This document shows, one piece after another, positions 38,388 to 49,090 of a stretch of DNA of 64,000 nucleotides (position 1 is the stretch's first letter; each line of letters begins with the position of its first letter). The position numbers and the translations under genes are program-made. The DNA is taken from the NCBI GenBank assembly GCA_030704615.1, contig CM060732.1:5518001-5582000 (forward strand), written 5' to 3'. A model generated the notes under the pieces. That model was not told where the DNA came from and did not search any database. It saw only the letters and a list, made by a program, of their open reading frames with translations. This DNA is from Takakia lepidozioides. Lineage: Eukaryota; Plantae; Bryophyta.

Positions 38388-41300
38388 ATGGCCTCCCAGG
38401 CCATGGGCTCCCTTGACGCGGACTTCTTCAGTGAGGACCACCCTGTGCCATTTTCTTACGAGGTGGAAGATGATGGTTTTGCGCTGGTGCATGAACACGT
38501 CCTCGCAACGCAGTTTCGGTTGGAAAATGGAACTCTATTCCTTCAAAGGGAAGTGTACGATGCCAATGGAAAACTCTCAAGTACGTGTTCCAGAAACCTT
38601 CGCATACTGCACCAGCCACACAATGGAGAGTGCCTCCAGGCAGATACAGGGTGCTCAGTGCCCCTCTGAGACAGTCTGCAGGATCTTTCCTTACTCCTGG
38701 CACGGCAGCATCAGTGGCCCAGGAGAAAACACCCGTGGTTGTCAAGAAGGAGACGAGTACCGTTAACACTGTAGTTGAGCTTTCGGACTCATCCTCCGAT
38801 GACACATGTGCAATACCGCCCGTGGATCAGCCATGTCCACCTGTAGAAGCAGATGTGGAGGAGATCACCAGTGTCATTCCTAAACTGAAAGCCATGGGAG
38901 GGATGGCAGGTTTCAAGAGTGAGTTGAGGGGGATAGACTGGAGCACTTTCAATATTCAGAGGGTGGCATTCTTGCCGGAATCTTTTGATGGTAATACTGT
39001 TTTCGAGCTGCCTCCTCCTGGTCGCTTGGGGGCATTTCTAGTCTCCTGGAAGGAATGGACAAAAAGCACGATGGGCACCCTTGGTGCCGCACAAAAACCT
39101 CCAATATTCACAACAACGACAAACTCATATTCAGGCGAACAGTCTGTAATGGGCACCTGAAATGCGAGAACATGAAATGCAGACACTTCGCATTGTCAGG
39201 TGTGCAAAACCAAAGCGAATGGGATGGTGTCAGTGAGAATCCATTCAAGCCTGGGGTGACACCACCATACAGTAACACTTTTGTGTGCAAGTTCTGTAGG
39301 GTACCACCTTGCTGCCTTGCTTTGTGTGGCGCCAGAATGTATTATGTGGTGCATCGATTCAAAACCCTGACTAGAGCCTGTGTCCATTTCGGTTTTCACA
39401 ACCACCCTGTGTCCAAGGGGGATTATAGGGAGAGCGTTGACACAGTCTCGCGTCTGATAAGGCAAGAGTTGGATACCAATCCAACTGGAACCACATCTGC
39501 AATTGCCATGGGGGCGAGCAAGTCCTTTCTGGAAAGCCGTATTCTGTGTGCATCAAATTCGGTTGGAGGAATACTGGAGGGATCGGCTTTGGACACTGTT
39601 ATGGACCATTTCTCAACTTTGACTTCTCCAAACATTAGGAATCAGGTGAACGCTTTAAGAATGGGCTCTGGGAGCCGAGGTTATATGGACAATATTATGG
39701 ATTTGAAGAAAAGGAGCATGTATGACTACATCCAAGACAGCGTTTTCCCGGGACAAGGAGCCAGGAAAGTGTTCTTGTTCAAAATGTCCACAAAAGGTGA
39801 GGGCAGCGGGGTCAGCCTGGTTAAACGTATGCAGAAGGGTGGTGATCTTGGCAACTGCTTCCTTATGTTCGATCATGTCAAGAGGGTTAAAGACTGGACC
39901 ACAATGGCATGTCATGTTTACGACCCTGTGTACCAGCGGGTCATGACAATTGCAGTGTGTGACATGCAGTCAGAGGACACAGATTCACAACAGCTCATGT
40001 GGGAAGCTCTCATTCGAGTTATGGCCTCCAATGGTCTCCCATCTCCCAATTTCGTTGGTTTCATGGCCGATAGTGCTCAAGCTAACTTCAACGCTGTCCG
40101 CATTGTGTTCGGGACGGGAGACCCAAAAGTGCCAATGCCTGGAAGAGAACGTACATGTCTTTTCCATTGGACACAATCCCTGGACAAACACACAAAGACA
40201 TACATCAAGCCAGATATGCAGACTATGCATCGCCAACTGTGCAACCAGTACAAGGACGCCAAAACTATGGGGGAAGCGAATACATTGTTCCAGACAATTC
40301 GTGCCTGGTGGTACTCATCTGGAGCGGCATCGGAGGACAGCATGAGGGCACTGCAAGACTGGTTCGCATTTTGGCACTTCCGTTACCGACAGTGGGGAGC
40401 GGCCATGACAACGGTGAGTGGTTTGTATTCACCTTCGTTTGGGTGCTTCGGATATATCTTTCAGGGTCCAATCCTAATATCGGGTTTCTGTTTTTTTTCC
40501 TTGCAGCATATGTCCATTGAGGAGATGGCGGACATGCCTTCTTGCAATCTTGCAGAGACAGTGCACAATGCCTGGTTGCAGCAATCCGGCAAAAAAGGGA
40601 GAGATTTGTATGCGGCGACGGCCGATGACCTCATTCGTGCTCTGCAGCAGCAAACCAGATATAGGTCATTCTTGAGGGGTGGCCTTGGTGGCAAAGGTCC
40701 GGACAGGAGCGAGTTGATGTTGCGGGCAGCTGGAAGATCAGGGGATCCCAGCAAAATAGCGCGGGCAGTGAGCATATGTGCAGATGGCACCCCTCTCGTG
40801 GGAAGAGTTCCCCATCTGGAAGGCGAAGAGAGATTCGGGTCTTGCAAACGGAAATTGGACACCCCTCCCGGATCGGATGCAGATTCCCATAGGCCGGACA
40901 GGGTGAACTTCTCGACGCCACGTGTTCACTTGGATCAGAGATGGAATTGCGGAACATCCACAGGTGAGGGCTACTCTGGCCCAGACCGGACCCCTGCATC
41001 AAGCATTGTCACTGCAATGGTTGAAGACCACAACGTGGTGCCGCATATAATCGAGTCCATGGGCTTGGACGAGGTTTGGCATATAGAACGCACAAGTGCT
41101 GGATCTCGTGTGAAATGCGCGGCGATCAGGGCCACCAATCATGAAAAATGTACATCATTAATCTCCAGAGGGAAAGAACGCACTGCAGCTCCTACATTCA
41201 CGGGTTTGTTTCTCCCTTACGGACAAGGCGAGGCAAAGAACCACAAGTTCTGGTTCTGCGCTGACGATTGTGGGAGATGTGTGCATGGTACAGTGAGGCC

Positions 41301-41889
41301 TTCCGTGGTAAGGAAGCCTACTCCACCAACCGTGTGGCCTGTGAAGATGGGCACAGGTCTCACTCACCGAGAGATTGCAATGCTGGAAGAGGCGGGTTTC
41401 TCCCTAGCCAGACATTCCATTGCACGTGAAGGTGCTTCAAGTGGAAGCGGTTCACGGGTACCTCCGCCTGACGCTCACTTGTGGCCAACCAGACGGAACG
41501 GGAAGCTTGTTCGACGATTCCCTCCAACCGCAGAACACTACGGCAAAATTGAGTCCGCCAGAATGCTTCACGCTCGTGTTGCGGGAACAATGGAAGTGCC
41601 TGATCCAGGGTATGGTCGGGTCTTCACCATGATCTCATCCGCATCTGCGCTGCAGGACAGGACGTACGAAATCACTGTTTCCAATTTTCCCAATTGTACA
41701 TGTCCAGATTTTGTTGGTATGCTTTCAAGTAGTTTGGGAAAGAGAGGGAAGTTCATACCGTGCAAACACCTTTACTTCGTCTTCTTGAGAAGGATGGTTT
41801 GTGATCCAAAGCGCGACTTCTTCATTCACCAAGCCACTATGAGTTTCAACGAAGTCAACACACTTCTACAGCGGGATACAAGCCCATAA
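38388..41889 (+). CDS. Mutator-family transposase (GCM/WRKY-like DNA-binding domain, DDE core, SWIM finger); frameshifts in the 5' part, 93-nt intron at 40414-40506
   Basis: DGHPWCRTKTSNIHN..C..C..HNHP; MFDHVK, FMADSA, CLFH, CNLAETVH; SWIM CTCPDF..CKH. Alignable with the MULE-A transposase throughout. Confidence 0.9.
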
Positions 41890-42068
41890 AAATCGGTGTT
41901 TTCCTTGACTACAACTTGTAATGGAATGACTATTCAAGTCCAGTGACTCTCAATGTATGACGTCAAACATCTTTGCTATGCGTGGGTCAATGCATTTGTC
42001 GCATTGGTTTGTCATTCTCTTTTCATTAGCAAACACAAGAAACTACCTTCAGATAGACAGATGATCAA

Positions 42069-42261
42069 ATCAACCTCGTCTCAACACGAGGTTTACTTGA
42101 AGTTCTCCAAATCCTCCTTGTGTTGACACAAGGATGATTTTAGTTCTCAGAAAACAACATCGTGTCAACACGAAGTTCATTTTTGTTCCAGGAAAACAAC
42201 CTTGTGTTAACACGAGGTTTTGTTGAAGTTCTCCAAATCCCCCTTGTGTCGACACGAGGTT
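42069..42261. repeat. Five variant palindromes, consensus AACCTYGTGTYRACACRAGGTT, downstream of the transposase
   Basis: Copies at ~42069, 42116, 42156, 42199 and 42242. Confidence 0.85.
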
Positions 42262-42414
42262 CATTTCAGTTCTACGAAATGAAGCTCCTGTTAACAGAAG
42301 GTTGAACTCCAGAAGCCCAAAACCCTTCATCCGTTTCACCTTCATGTGGTGAAATCAGCAGTTCGGGGCTCCACGGTTATAGGCCCACCTTCTTTGTGGT
42401 GACGTGTCATGACC

Positions 42415-42543
42415 TGGACCAGGCTCACGCCACATCAGCATCAGCGCCATGTCAGCAGCGTGAGCGTAGGCTCACGCCACGTCATCATTGTGTGAGCGTA
42501 CGCTCACACGCTCACGCGCCAGGCTCACACGGTAGCGTCGTTG
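42415..42543 (-). repeat. MULE-B right degenerate TIR
   Basis: Clustered GCTCAC(G) motifs, inverted relative to the left end. Confidence 0.8.
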
Positions 42544-43727
42544 TTCTCCTCTCAGGGCTTTGAGTATTTCCTCTGTGAAGGATCTGCTCAAATACTGTTG
42601 GTTCTGTTTCATGGCAAACAGAACGTTCAATACCTGGCCTACCTCCCTTAGCCCTGGGTACACGGCCTTGGTACAAGCATAACCCTGAGTTTTAAAGAAA
42701 CTCCTTTCTTGGAATAAGTCCCCTATTTGCAGTCTTGCCCTGTGCTCCTCCACATGCACCTGACCTGCTGGCAATCGAAACAATTGCTGTAGGTATAGGG
42801 GAGTAATTTCTAATTCAACTCCCTTCACCGTTGTTGCTCCTGTCCTAGGCTCAAAGTTCTGCAAGAATTGTAACATGTACTGTCTATGGTGCAATGTCCA
42901 ATCTTTGCTTTGCAATCCTTCCAATCGCAGCTCCTTCAGTAACTTTACCGCCTGTGGAGTAGCAATCGTTATTTCTGCAGGATTGTGGTGCTCTTCACCC
43001 TGATTTCTTCCATTCCTCTCACTCTCTTCATTCTAGACCCACAGAAAGGTTTTGGCTGTAATGCAGGGCACAAAGCATAAACGTATGGTTGCCACAAAAA
43101 GCTATGGGTAATTTCTTGTAAGCCTGCGGGGCTTGCAAGCATCGATTAAGAGAAAAGATTCGCTCTGTTCTTCTGTGCCTATGCCACTGCGTAAGTAATA
43201 TTGCGAGCGTATAGTCTGTTAGTTCCTCCATAACTTCAAAGCTATAGCATTGATGGTTTGTCCCGTCGAGACGCCCGTTACTTAGAACGACGCCGACTCT
43301 TGCGCTTAAATTCCCTCCAATTTCTTGATCCCTTTTCTGGCTTTCGATTGGCTGTAACCGCTGTGACTGGATTTTAGATTTAATTTTCTTTAGTGGACTT
43401 TTCCTGCTGGACTGTCCACTACGATAACACATGTGACAAGAATTTCGTTTTTCTGTACTTGCCGTTTGTTCTGTTGCCCTTTTTCCGTATTCATTAATGG
43501 GCCCGCCATTCATCCGAATTGACGTGCTAAGTAGGTACTTTGACGGCCATTCTTGTCCTCTTTCTTGATGACACCTGTTCTTGCACTTCCTTCTCAGCTG
43601 TGTGTCGCGCCCTGACTTCCACGTGTCCCTTTCTAAACTGGCTTCCGTCCTTTCTTCCGCCGGCCATTTCCCTGAAGTTATCCTGCGTCCACCTGTCACT
43701 GATTCTATGGATTGTGTAACCCTAGTA

Positions 43728-43894
43728 GGCTGTGTTGAGCTGTGACAGGCTGTGTCATACTGTGGTACGCTGTGATAGGCTGTGTTGCATTGTGGTAAGC
43801 TGTGATAGGCTGTGACACGCTGTGGTAGGTTGTGATAGGCTGTATTGCGCCGTGCTGGGCTGTGATAGGCTGTGTCACGCCGTGCTGGGCTGTG
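43728..43894 (-). repeat. Inverted (GGCTGTG) copy of the CACAGCC satellite inside G3
   Basis: ~30-bp units such as GCTGTGATAGGCTGTG... Confidence 0.8.
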
Positions 43895-45949
43895 AGGAGT
43901 ACAGAAGCGGCTTTGCAATTGGCCAAGGAACAATCGATTGAGGCAGGCCTCGCGCAAGACCAGTTGCACGAAGCACATAAGCAACAGCTATACCAAATGC
44001 AGGTGAAGCATGAAAGCAAATTGCAAGAAGTGAATGCACTACATACGGAATTGCAGACAGTGCATGACAGGATGGCCATACAATGTGCTACACTCACAAC
44101 TATGCTTGACCAAGCTACAATAGAAATAAACAGTCAAGCGGAAAGATGTACGAAGGCAGAGGCAGAGAATGTTGAGCAAGTGAAACTCATTGTCGATATG
44201 AAGAATACAATCTGTCGCAATGAGAATACTTTCAAGCAATACAGGCAGGTTGAAGCTGACCAAGAGAGGTACATCCTTGAGTTGCAACAAACACTCATGT
44301 CCAATAGAAATGAACTCTCTGTGGCTAACAAGGCTTGGAAGGAAGCCAATAATCTGGCTGCTGCCTATGCGAGTTTGGTTGAACCTCATGCAAAGCGCAT
44401 GGAGGCTTTTAAGCAGAAGATAGATGTGTACAGGCTCACAGAGGAGCAGACTCTCAGGGGTGCCACAAGCAACTTGGTGGATAACCACCTTATGCAGGTC
44501 TGGTTAGCACAAGGGCCAATGGAGGGCAAAGCACCACGAAAGCTCACCCAAAGAGAGATGAATGAGCTCAGACTGCAAGTGCAGAACATTGCCACAACTA
44601 CTATAGACAATGTCTATAGTAGGATAGCGGAGTTATAGGAGGATGTAGATGGCCGACAGACTCAAGTGGAGGACCTCACTTCAAATATCGACAAAAGAGT
44701 TTGTATACCTGAGGAACAGCTAATGGCTTCTCATTTACAAGCAAGAACTTTAGCTTTTCAGTCTTCTTCACATGGGGTGCAGGAGATGCCAATGGTACAA
44801 GAGCCAGTGTCACCAACACCACAACTAGTCACTGTGCCAGTAGTTGACCCTGTTGTTACTACAGCCACACCACAGCCACCACAGCCTGAGGTATGGGGGA
44901 ATGCTGCTTTTAACCCACCTAAAACTCCAGCTGCAAGGGAGTACAGTCGGGCTATGATTATGCCCTTCAACCAAATTCCCATTGTGTTGGATTTGGCTTG
45001 GAAAGAATTTAGTCCTCCGCAGTCATTGACACATTACTATCAAATCATGCGCATTTGGCTGCCAGTGGCCACTAGGACTAAAGTTCTTCCGAACAATCGA
45101 CCAATTGATGATCATCACTTTGCGCAGTACTGGCATGAGACAAGTACCATGTTGAAGGAATTAATTACCTTCCAAGTTGTACATGGATTCATTTATACCA
45201 AGACCAAAGAGATAGCAAGTATTGTCATGGGCTGCGGGTTATACTACGCTGCTTGTTTTCTGGTACGTTATCACATTGAGCAACAGAAGATGCAAACGCG
45301 CTTTCTGAATTATTCCAGTGGGGATCATTGGGTCTTACCTTCAGTGCCACATCATATGTACCTATATGAGGCAAAAGTTATGATGCAAAAGGATTCTCAG
45401 ATTCGTTCATGGTTTCATGCGGCCTGGAACAATTTGTCAACACAGAAATTCGGGCCTGACGATATTTTCTTTAAGGGACATGAGGCATGGAAATATTTGC
45501 ACAATTCACAAGTCATTAGTACACCACTCACCTGGATAGACAAAGAGCTCAGGGTCTTCACCAATTTTGCAATTCAGCGCTTACAACAAGTTTTACAATT
45601 TAAACTTCCAGACATGGTGGGACAACATTGTATGCCCCAGAGAATTCCAGTTAAAGTTCGACAGTTAAAACACCTCAGGGGGGACGAGGATTCTGATACA
45701 ACTGTTTCTTCAACGGACTCTTTTGACATGGCAGAGGACTATGCAATTCAGATGGCAGAGAAGAAGCGAAGGGGGTCTCCTATGCCTGAAAGATTACCTC
45801 GATATCCAGAGGGACTGACATATCCAGGTAGTGTTCAATCATCTCCCTCAACCAGTGACAGAACACGGACTCGCACACGGAGTCCTTCACGAGACTCTCA
45901 ACGTCACAAGGGTGCTTGCTCACAAAGGTTTACAAATCCCAAACAGTAA
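43895..45949 (+). CDS. G3 3' extra ORF: coiled-coil region followed by an unknown domain (one in-frame stop at 44636-44638; start uncertain)
   Basis: ORFs 43832-44638 (heptad-rich, E/Q/K/L) and 44666-45949 are in the same frame and end just before the PPT. Confidence 0.6.
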
Positions 45950-45970
45950 ACCGTGAGGACACGACTTTTT

Positions 45971-45984
45971 GAGAGGGGAAGGGG
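45971..45984 (+). promoter_or_regulatory. Polypurine tract of G3
   Basis: GAGAGGGGAAGGGG three bases before the 3' LTR. Confidence 0.9.
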
Positions 45985-45987
45985 TAA

Positions 45988-46984
45988 TGTTAGAGGACTG
46001 TCTGGGACTTAGGCACTTTTACGGGATCTGTGGGGTACCCTTAATTTTTGCACAGACTGAGACCAACAGGAGCCTTAGGGGTGACAGCAGCGCACTTTAG
46101 GAGGGGGTTACACAGCCCATCACAGTCCGACACAGCCCGTCACAGCCAACATAGCTCGTCACAGTCCAACACAGCCCGTCACAGTCCGACACAGCCGACA
46201 CAGCCGACACAGCCAGTCATAGTCAACACATCCCGTCACAGCCACACAGCCAGTCACAGCCCGACACAGCCCAACACAGTCGCACAGCCAGTCACAGCCC
46301 ATCACAGTTTCACACAGCCAGTCACAGCTGTCACGACCATAGGGAACGGATAGCAGGACAAGGAACGACTGTGGGGAACAACATCTGCGAATGGAACATG
46401 TTAGTTCACGGATGACGGTTAGTGGTTAGAACAACGGGTAGGAAGATAAAGCCAGGAGCAAAGACTAGAAAATGATCAATTCTGGGGGAGCACTTCTTGG
46501 GGGGGACTTCGGACATCACTGGGGAAAATGAGGCAGAGAGCGCATCTCTGAGCAGAAAGAGGGAGAGCACGGAGGAGGAGGAGGACGATCTGTTGATGCT
46601 TGATGAATGCAAGCAGTAGAGTTGTAATGTAGAACAGATTAGAGACTCCATGGCTTCAGCCTGATACTTGATAGATATTAATCTTATACATACTTCATAC
46701 TCACACTGTGTAGAGAGATCTGAGTGAAGCAGTGGAATGAATGGATGAGTTGATGGAATCCGATAGATTGCTGAAGCAAACTGATACTTAATTACCAACA
46801 GTAAGGTAACTAGCTAACATGAATACGAGAAGGAAAACAAATAGGAAACACCCCCATGATACACTAGCTGTAGGTCATGACTGATTGTTCTGAGCGGGCT
46901 GAGTGCTTAGAGATTTCCAACTCTTCTATCTTGGAGTTTCCGCCTCGGATAGCGAAGGGATGGGTGAGTAAAAGCCGCGCGACA
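45988..46984 (+). repeat. G3 3' LTR
   Basis: TG...CA; highly similar to 22967-23965; followed by the TSD GGGTC. Confidence 0.96.
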
Positions 46985-46989
46985 GGGTC

Positions 46990-47560
46990 ACAGCCCCAAA
47001 GGCCACAGCCCCTCACAGCCTGTCACAGCCCCACAGGCCACAGGGCACAGCCTGCCACAGCCCCTCACAGCCCCACAGGCAACAGGGCACAGCCCACCAC
47101 AGCCTGTCACAGCCCATCACAGCCTATCACAGCCCCACAGGCCACAAGGCACAACCTGTCACAGCCCCCCACAGCCTGTCACAGCCCCTCACAGCCCGTC
47201 ACAACCCCACAGGCCACTGGGCATAGCTTGTCACAGCCCGCCACAGCCTGTCACAGCCCCTCACAGCCCATCACAGCGTGTTATAGCTCGCCACAGCCTG
47301 TCACAGCCCCTCATAGCCCATCACAGCCCCACAGGCCACAAGGCACAGCCTGTCACAGCCCCACAGGCCACTGGGCACAATCTGTCACAGCCCGTCACAG
47401 CCCGTCACAGCCCCACAGGCCACATGGCACAGCCTATCACAGCCCCTCACAGCCCCACGGGCCACAGGGAACAGCCTGTCACAGCCCCTCACAGCCCCAC
47501 AGGCCACAGGGCACAGCCTGTCACAACCCCTCACAGCCCGTCACAACCCGTCACAACCCG
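46990..47560 (+). repeat. CACAGCC-based satellite in the G2 leader, right part
   Basis: Same degenerate units as 22560-22961. Confidence 0.9.
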
Positions 47561-48718
47561 ATCCATGGCCACTCATGGCAGTTTAGCCATTTCTCCAAGG
47601 GGTTTAGCCATGCCAAACTAGGGTTTGTGTCTCTTGGACTCTAGGCTTCTTTGCACCGAGCTATGGCGGCTGTAAAGAAATCAGCAAGGTATTCTTGCTC
47701 TTTCGGCTCCACACACCACCCATAGTAGCCCTAAGCCATGAGGAAGATGGTTGCCACAAACCAAGCCTTCTTTCTCACTTAGACTCCCCAAACACGCCAC
47801 TAAACTCAATGGCAAACAACCAAGCCTTGCTGGTTTCCAGCCCTTGTGAGTACTCATCCAAGCGTTTTCCTTGGCCATAGCATCTGTTTTAGAGCCTATT
47901 CCAGCCCCCTATATCTGCCACTTCAAGAGCCATGCTCTATCTAGGCTTGAGGTTGAAACCCCAACTAAGAACACGCTCTACGAGTGTCGGACTGTCACAT
48001 AAGAGCAGATCAGCCCCTTACCTTCTCTTCTAGTTCTCTAAAGCTTGAAAGTACAAGCCTTCAACAGGCTGAAAGCATGTTCCATACATGCATTGCTCTC
48101 ACATAAGGGAAGTCAGCCCTTCCCTCTTCCTTGCTTGCCCTCCAAGCTTGAAGATGGAAGCTTCAATGAGCTGAATACATGCTCCACACATGCAACCTCT
48201 TCACACAAGAGGTATCAGCCCCCTATCTTGGCTCCTTAGCTCCTTGATGCTCTCTAAGACAAGACTAAGCACTCCACAGCCCTTGCCAAGCTCCTGAAAC
48301 CCTAAGGCTTACATTTCCAGCCACAAGACACTCCTTTTGTGGTGCAAGAGCTCTTCTTCCAAGCTCTGAAACCCTTGGTGCACATTCCATGGCCTTGTCG
48401 CACCTCTTAGCTCCTGTTCCAGCCCTGCTCTTGCCATGACAAGAGCCCTCTCAATGCTGAAGCTCGAGATCGAAACCCAATCTCAACATACTCCACAAAG
48501 TGCACTAATTTGCCCCAAGCCAAATCAGCCCTTTCGCTTGGTCTTGCAATCATGCAACATGGTGCTTTCATCTCTGAAGCTGAAGATCGAATGCCAAAGT
48601 CTACCACCTCGTAACCCACATCGCCTCCGCTTCTAACAACCAAGAGCTTCACGGTGCTCCTTGCATAACAACTTGGTTTCTCTCATTCTCAAGCAAAAAC
48701 CACAAGTGCTACAACTAA

Positions 48719-48760
48719 CTCGTATCTGGCACTCACAGATACGAGCTCATCTTTCTCGAG
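48719..48760 (-). promoter_or_regulatory. Putative self-priming PBS of G2 with adjacent hairpin
   Basis: No TGG-type tRNA PBS. 48745-48761 is a perfect 17-nt reverse complement of 48926-48942 inside repeat B. A 10-bp stem CTCGTATCTG/CAGATACGAG spans 48719-48745. Confidence 0.7.
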
Positions 48761-49090
48761 TGATAAAGATGAAGAATACAAGCACAAGCTCATGTGAGCT
48801 CACAAAGCTGAAGCATAAACTCATGCATATATAACCTCATCACTCAAATACAAATCAAGCCAAGTGCACCCCCACGCCATGGGGAATCCACACTACGGCG
48901 CCATAGCTAGGCGCGGTGAGGCTCAACTCGAGAAAGATGAGCCCACCGCGATCTGCCGTGAAGATAACAACGCCAGGTGCCCAAACATGTATTGGCCCCT
49001 GGATTGACACTTGGGTCAATCCCAAATGTCAATATATAAAAGCTAGCTATTTCCTAGCTAACTTCACACTAGTGGTAAAATAACTTGACA
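48761..49090 (-). repeat. G2 terminal repeat B1 (5' end, 330 bp, TG...CA)
   Basis: Near-identical to 4005-4333; followed by CATT. Confidence 0.92.

Larger units (their letters stand above)
31501..42543. mobile_element. Mutator-like DNA transposon MULE-B (11,043 bp) carrying a ParB-methyltransferase gene
   Basis: 9-bp TSD TTCTCCTCT (31492-31500, 42544-42552); degenerate TIRs built from GTGAGC/GCTCAC motifs; MULE transposase; cleanly interrupts the G3 antisense ORF. Confidence 0.93.
30620..43012 (-). pseudogene. G3 antisense accessory ORF, split by MULE-B (parts 42544-~43012 and ~30620-31500)
   Basis: The halves rejoin across the TSD as EEILKALRGE|EVEWADIMYNALVEEM. The pattern QFLQNF..VKGVELEIT..LFRLP..GPIIAQI resembles plant retrotransposon accessory (Transposase_32-like) proteins. 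Confidence 0.65.
22967..46984 (+). mobile_element. Ty3/Gypsy non-chromovirus-type LTR retrotransposon G3 (degenerate, with extra ORFs; hosts MULE-B)
   Basis: Two ~1-kb TG...CA LTRs; 5-bp TSD GGGTC (22962-22966, 46985-46989); PBS; PPT; gag-PR-RT-RH-INT order. Confidence 0.96.
3853..49090 (-). mobile_element. Ty3/Gypsy retrotransposon G2 encoding a C5 DNA methyltransferase and a PHD finger, with split terminal repeats; hosts nested insertions
   Basis: TG at 3853 and CA at 49090, flanked by CATT (3849-3852, 49091-49094). Minus-strand order is gag, protease, DNMT, (RT deleted), RNase H end, integrase, PHD, PPT. Repeat B occurs at both ends. Confidence 0.85.

Noticed and set aside
3853-49090. G2 as a DIRS/Ngaro tyrosine-recombinase element because of its split repeats and methyltransferase
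   Set aside because: It encodes an HHCC/DDE integrase and a protease remnant, its MTase is C5-type, and no tyrosine recombinase motifs were seen.
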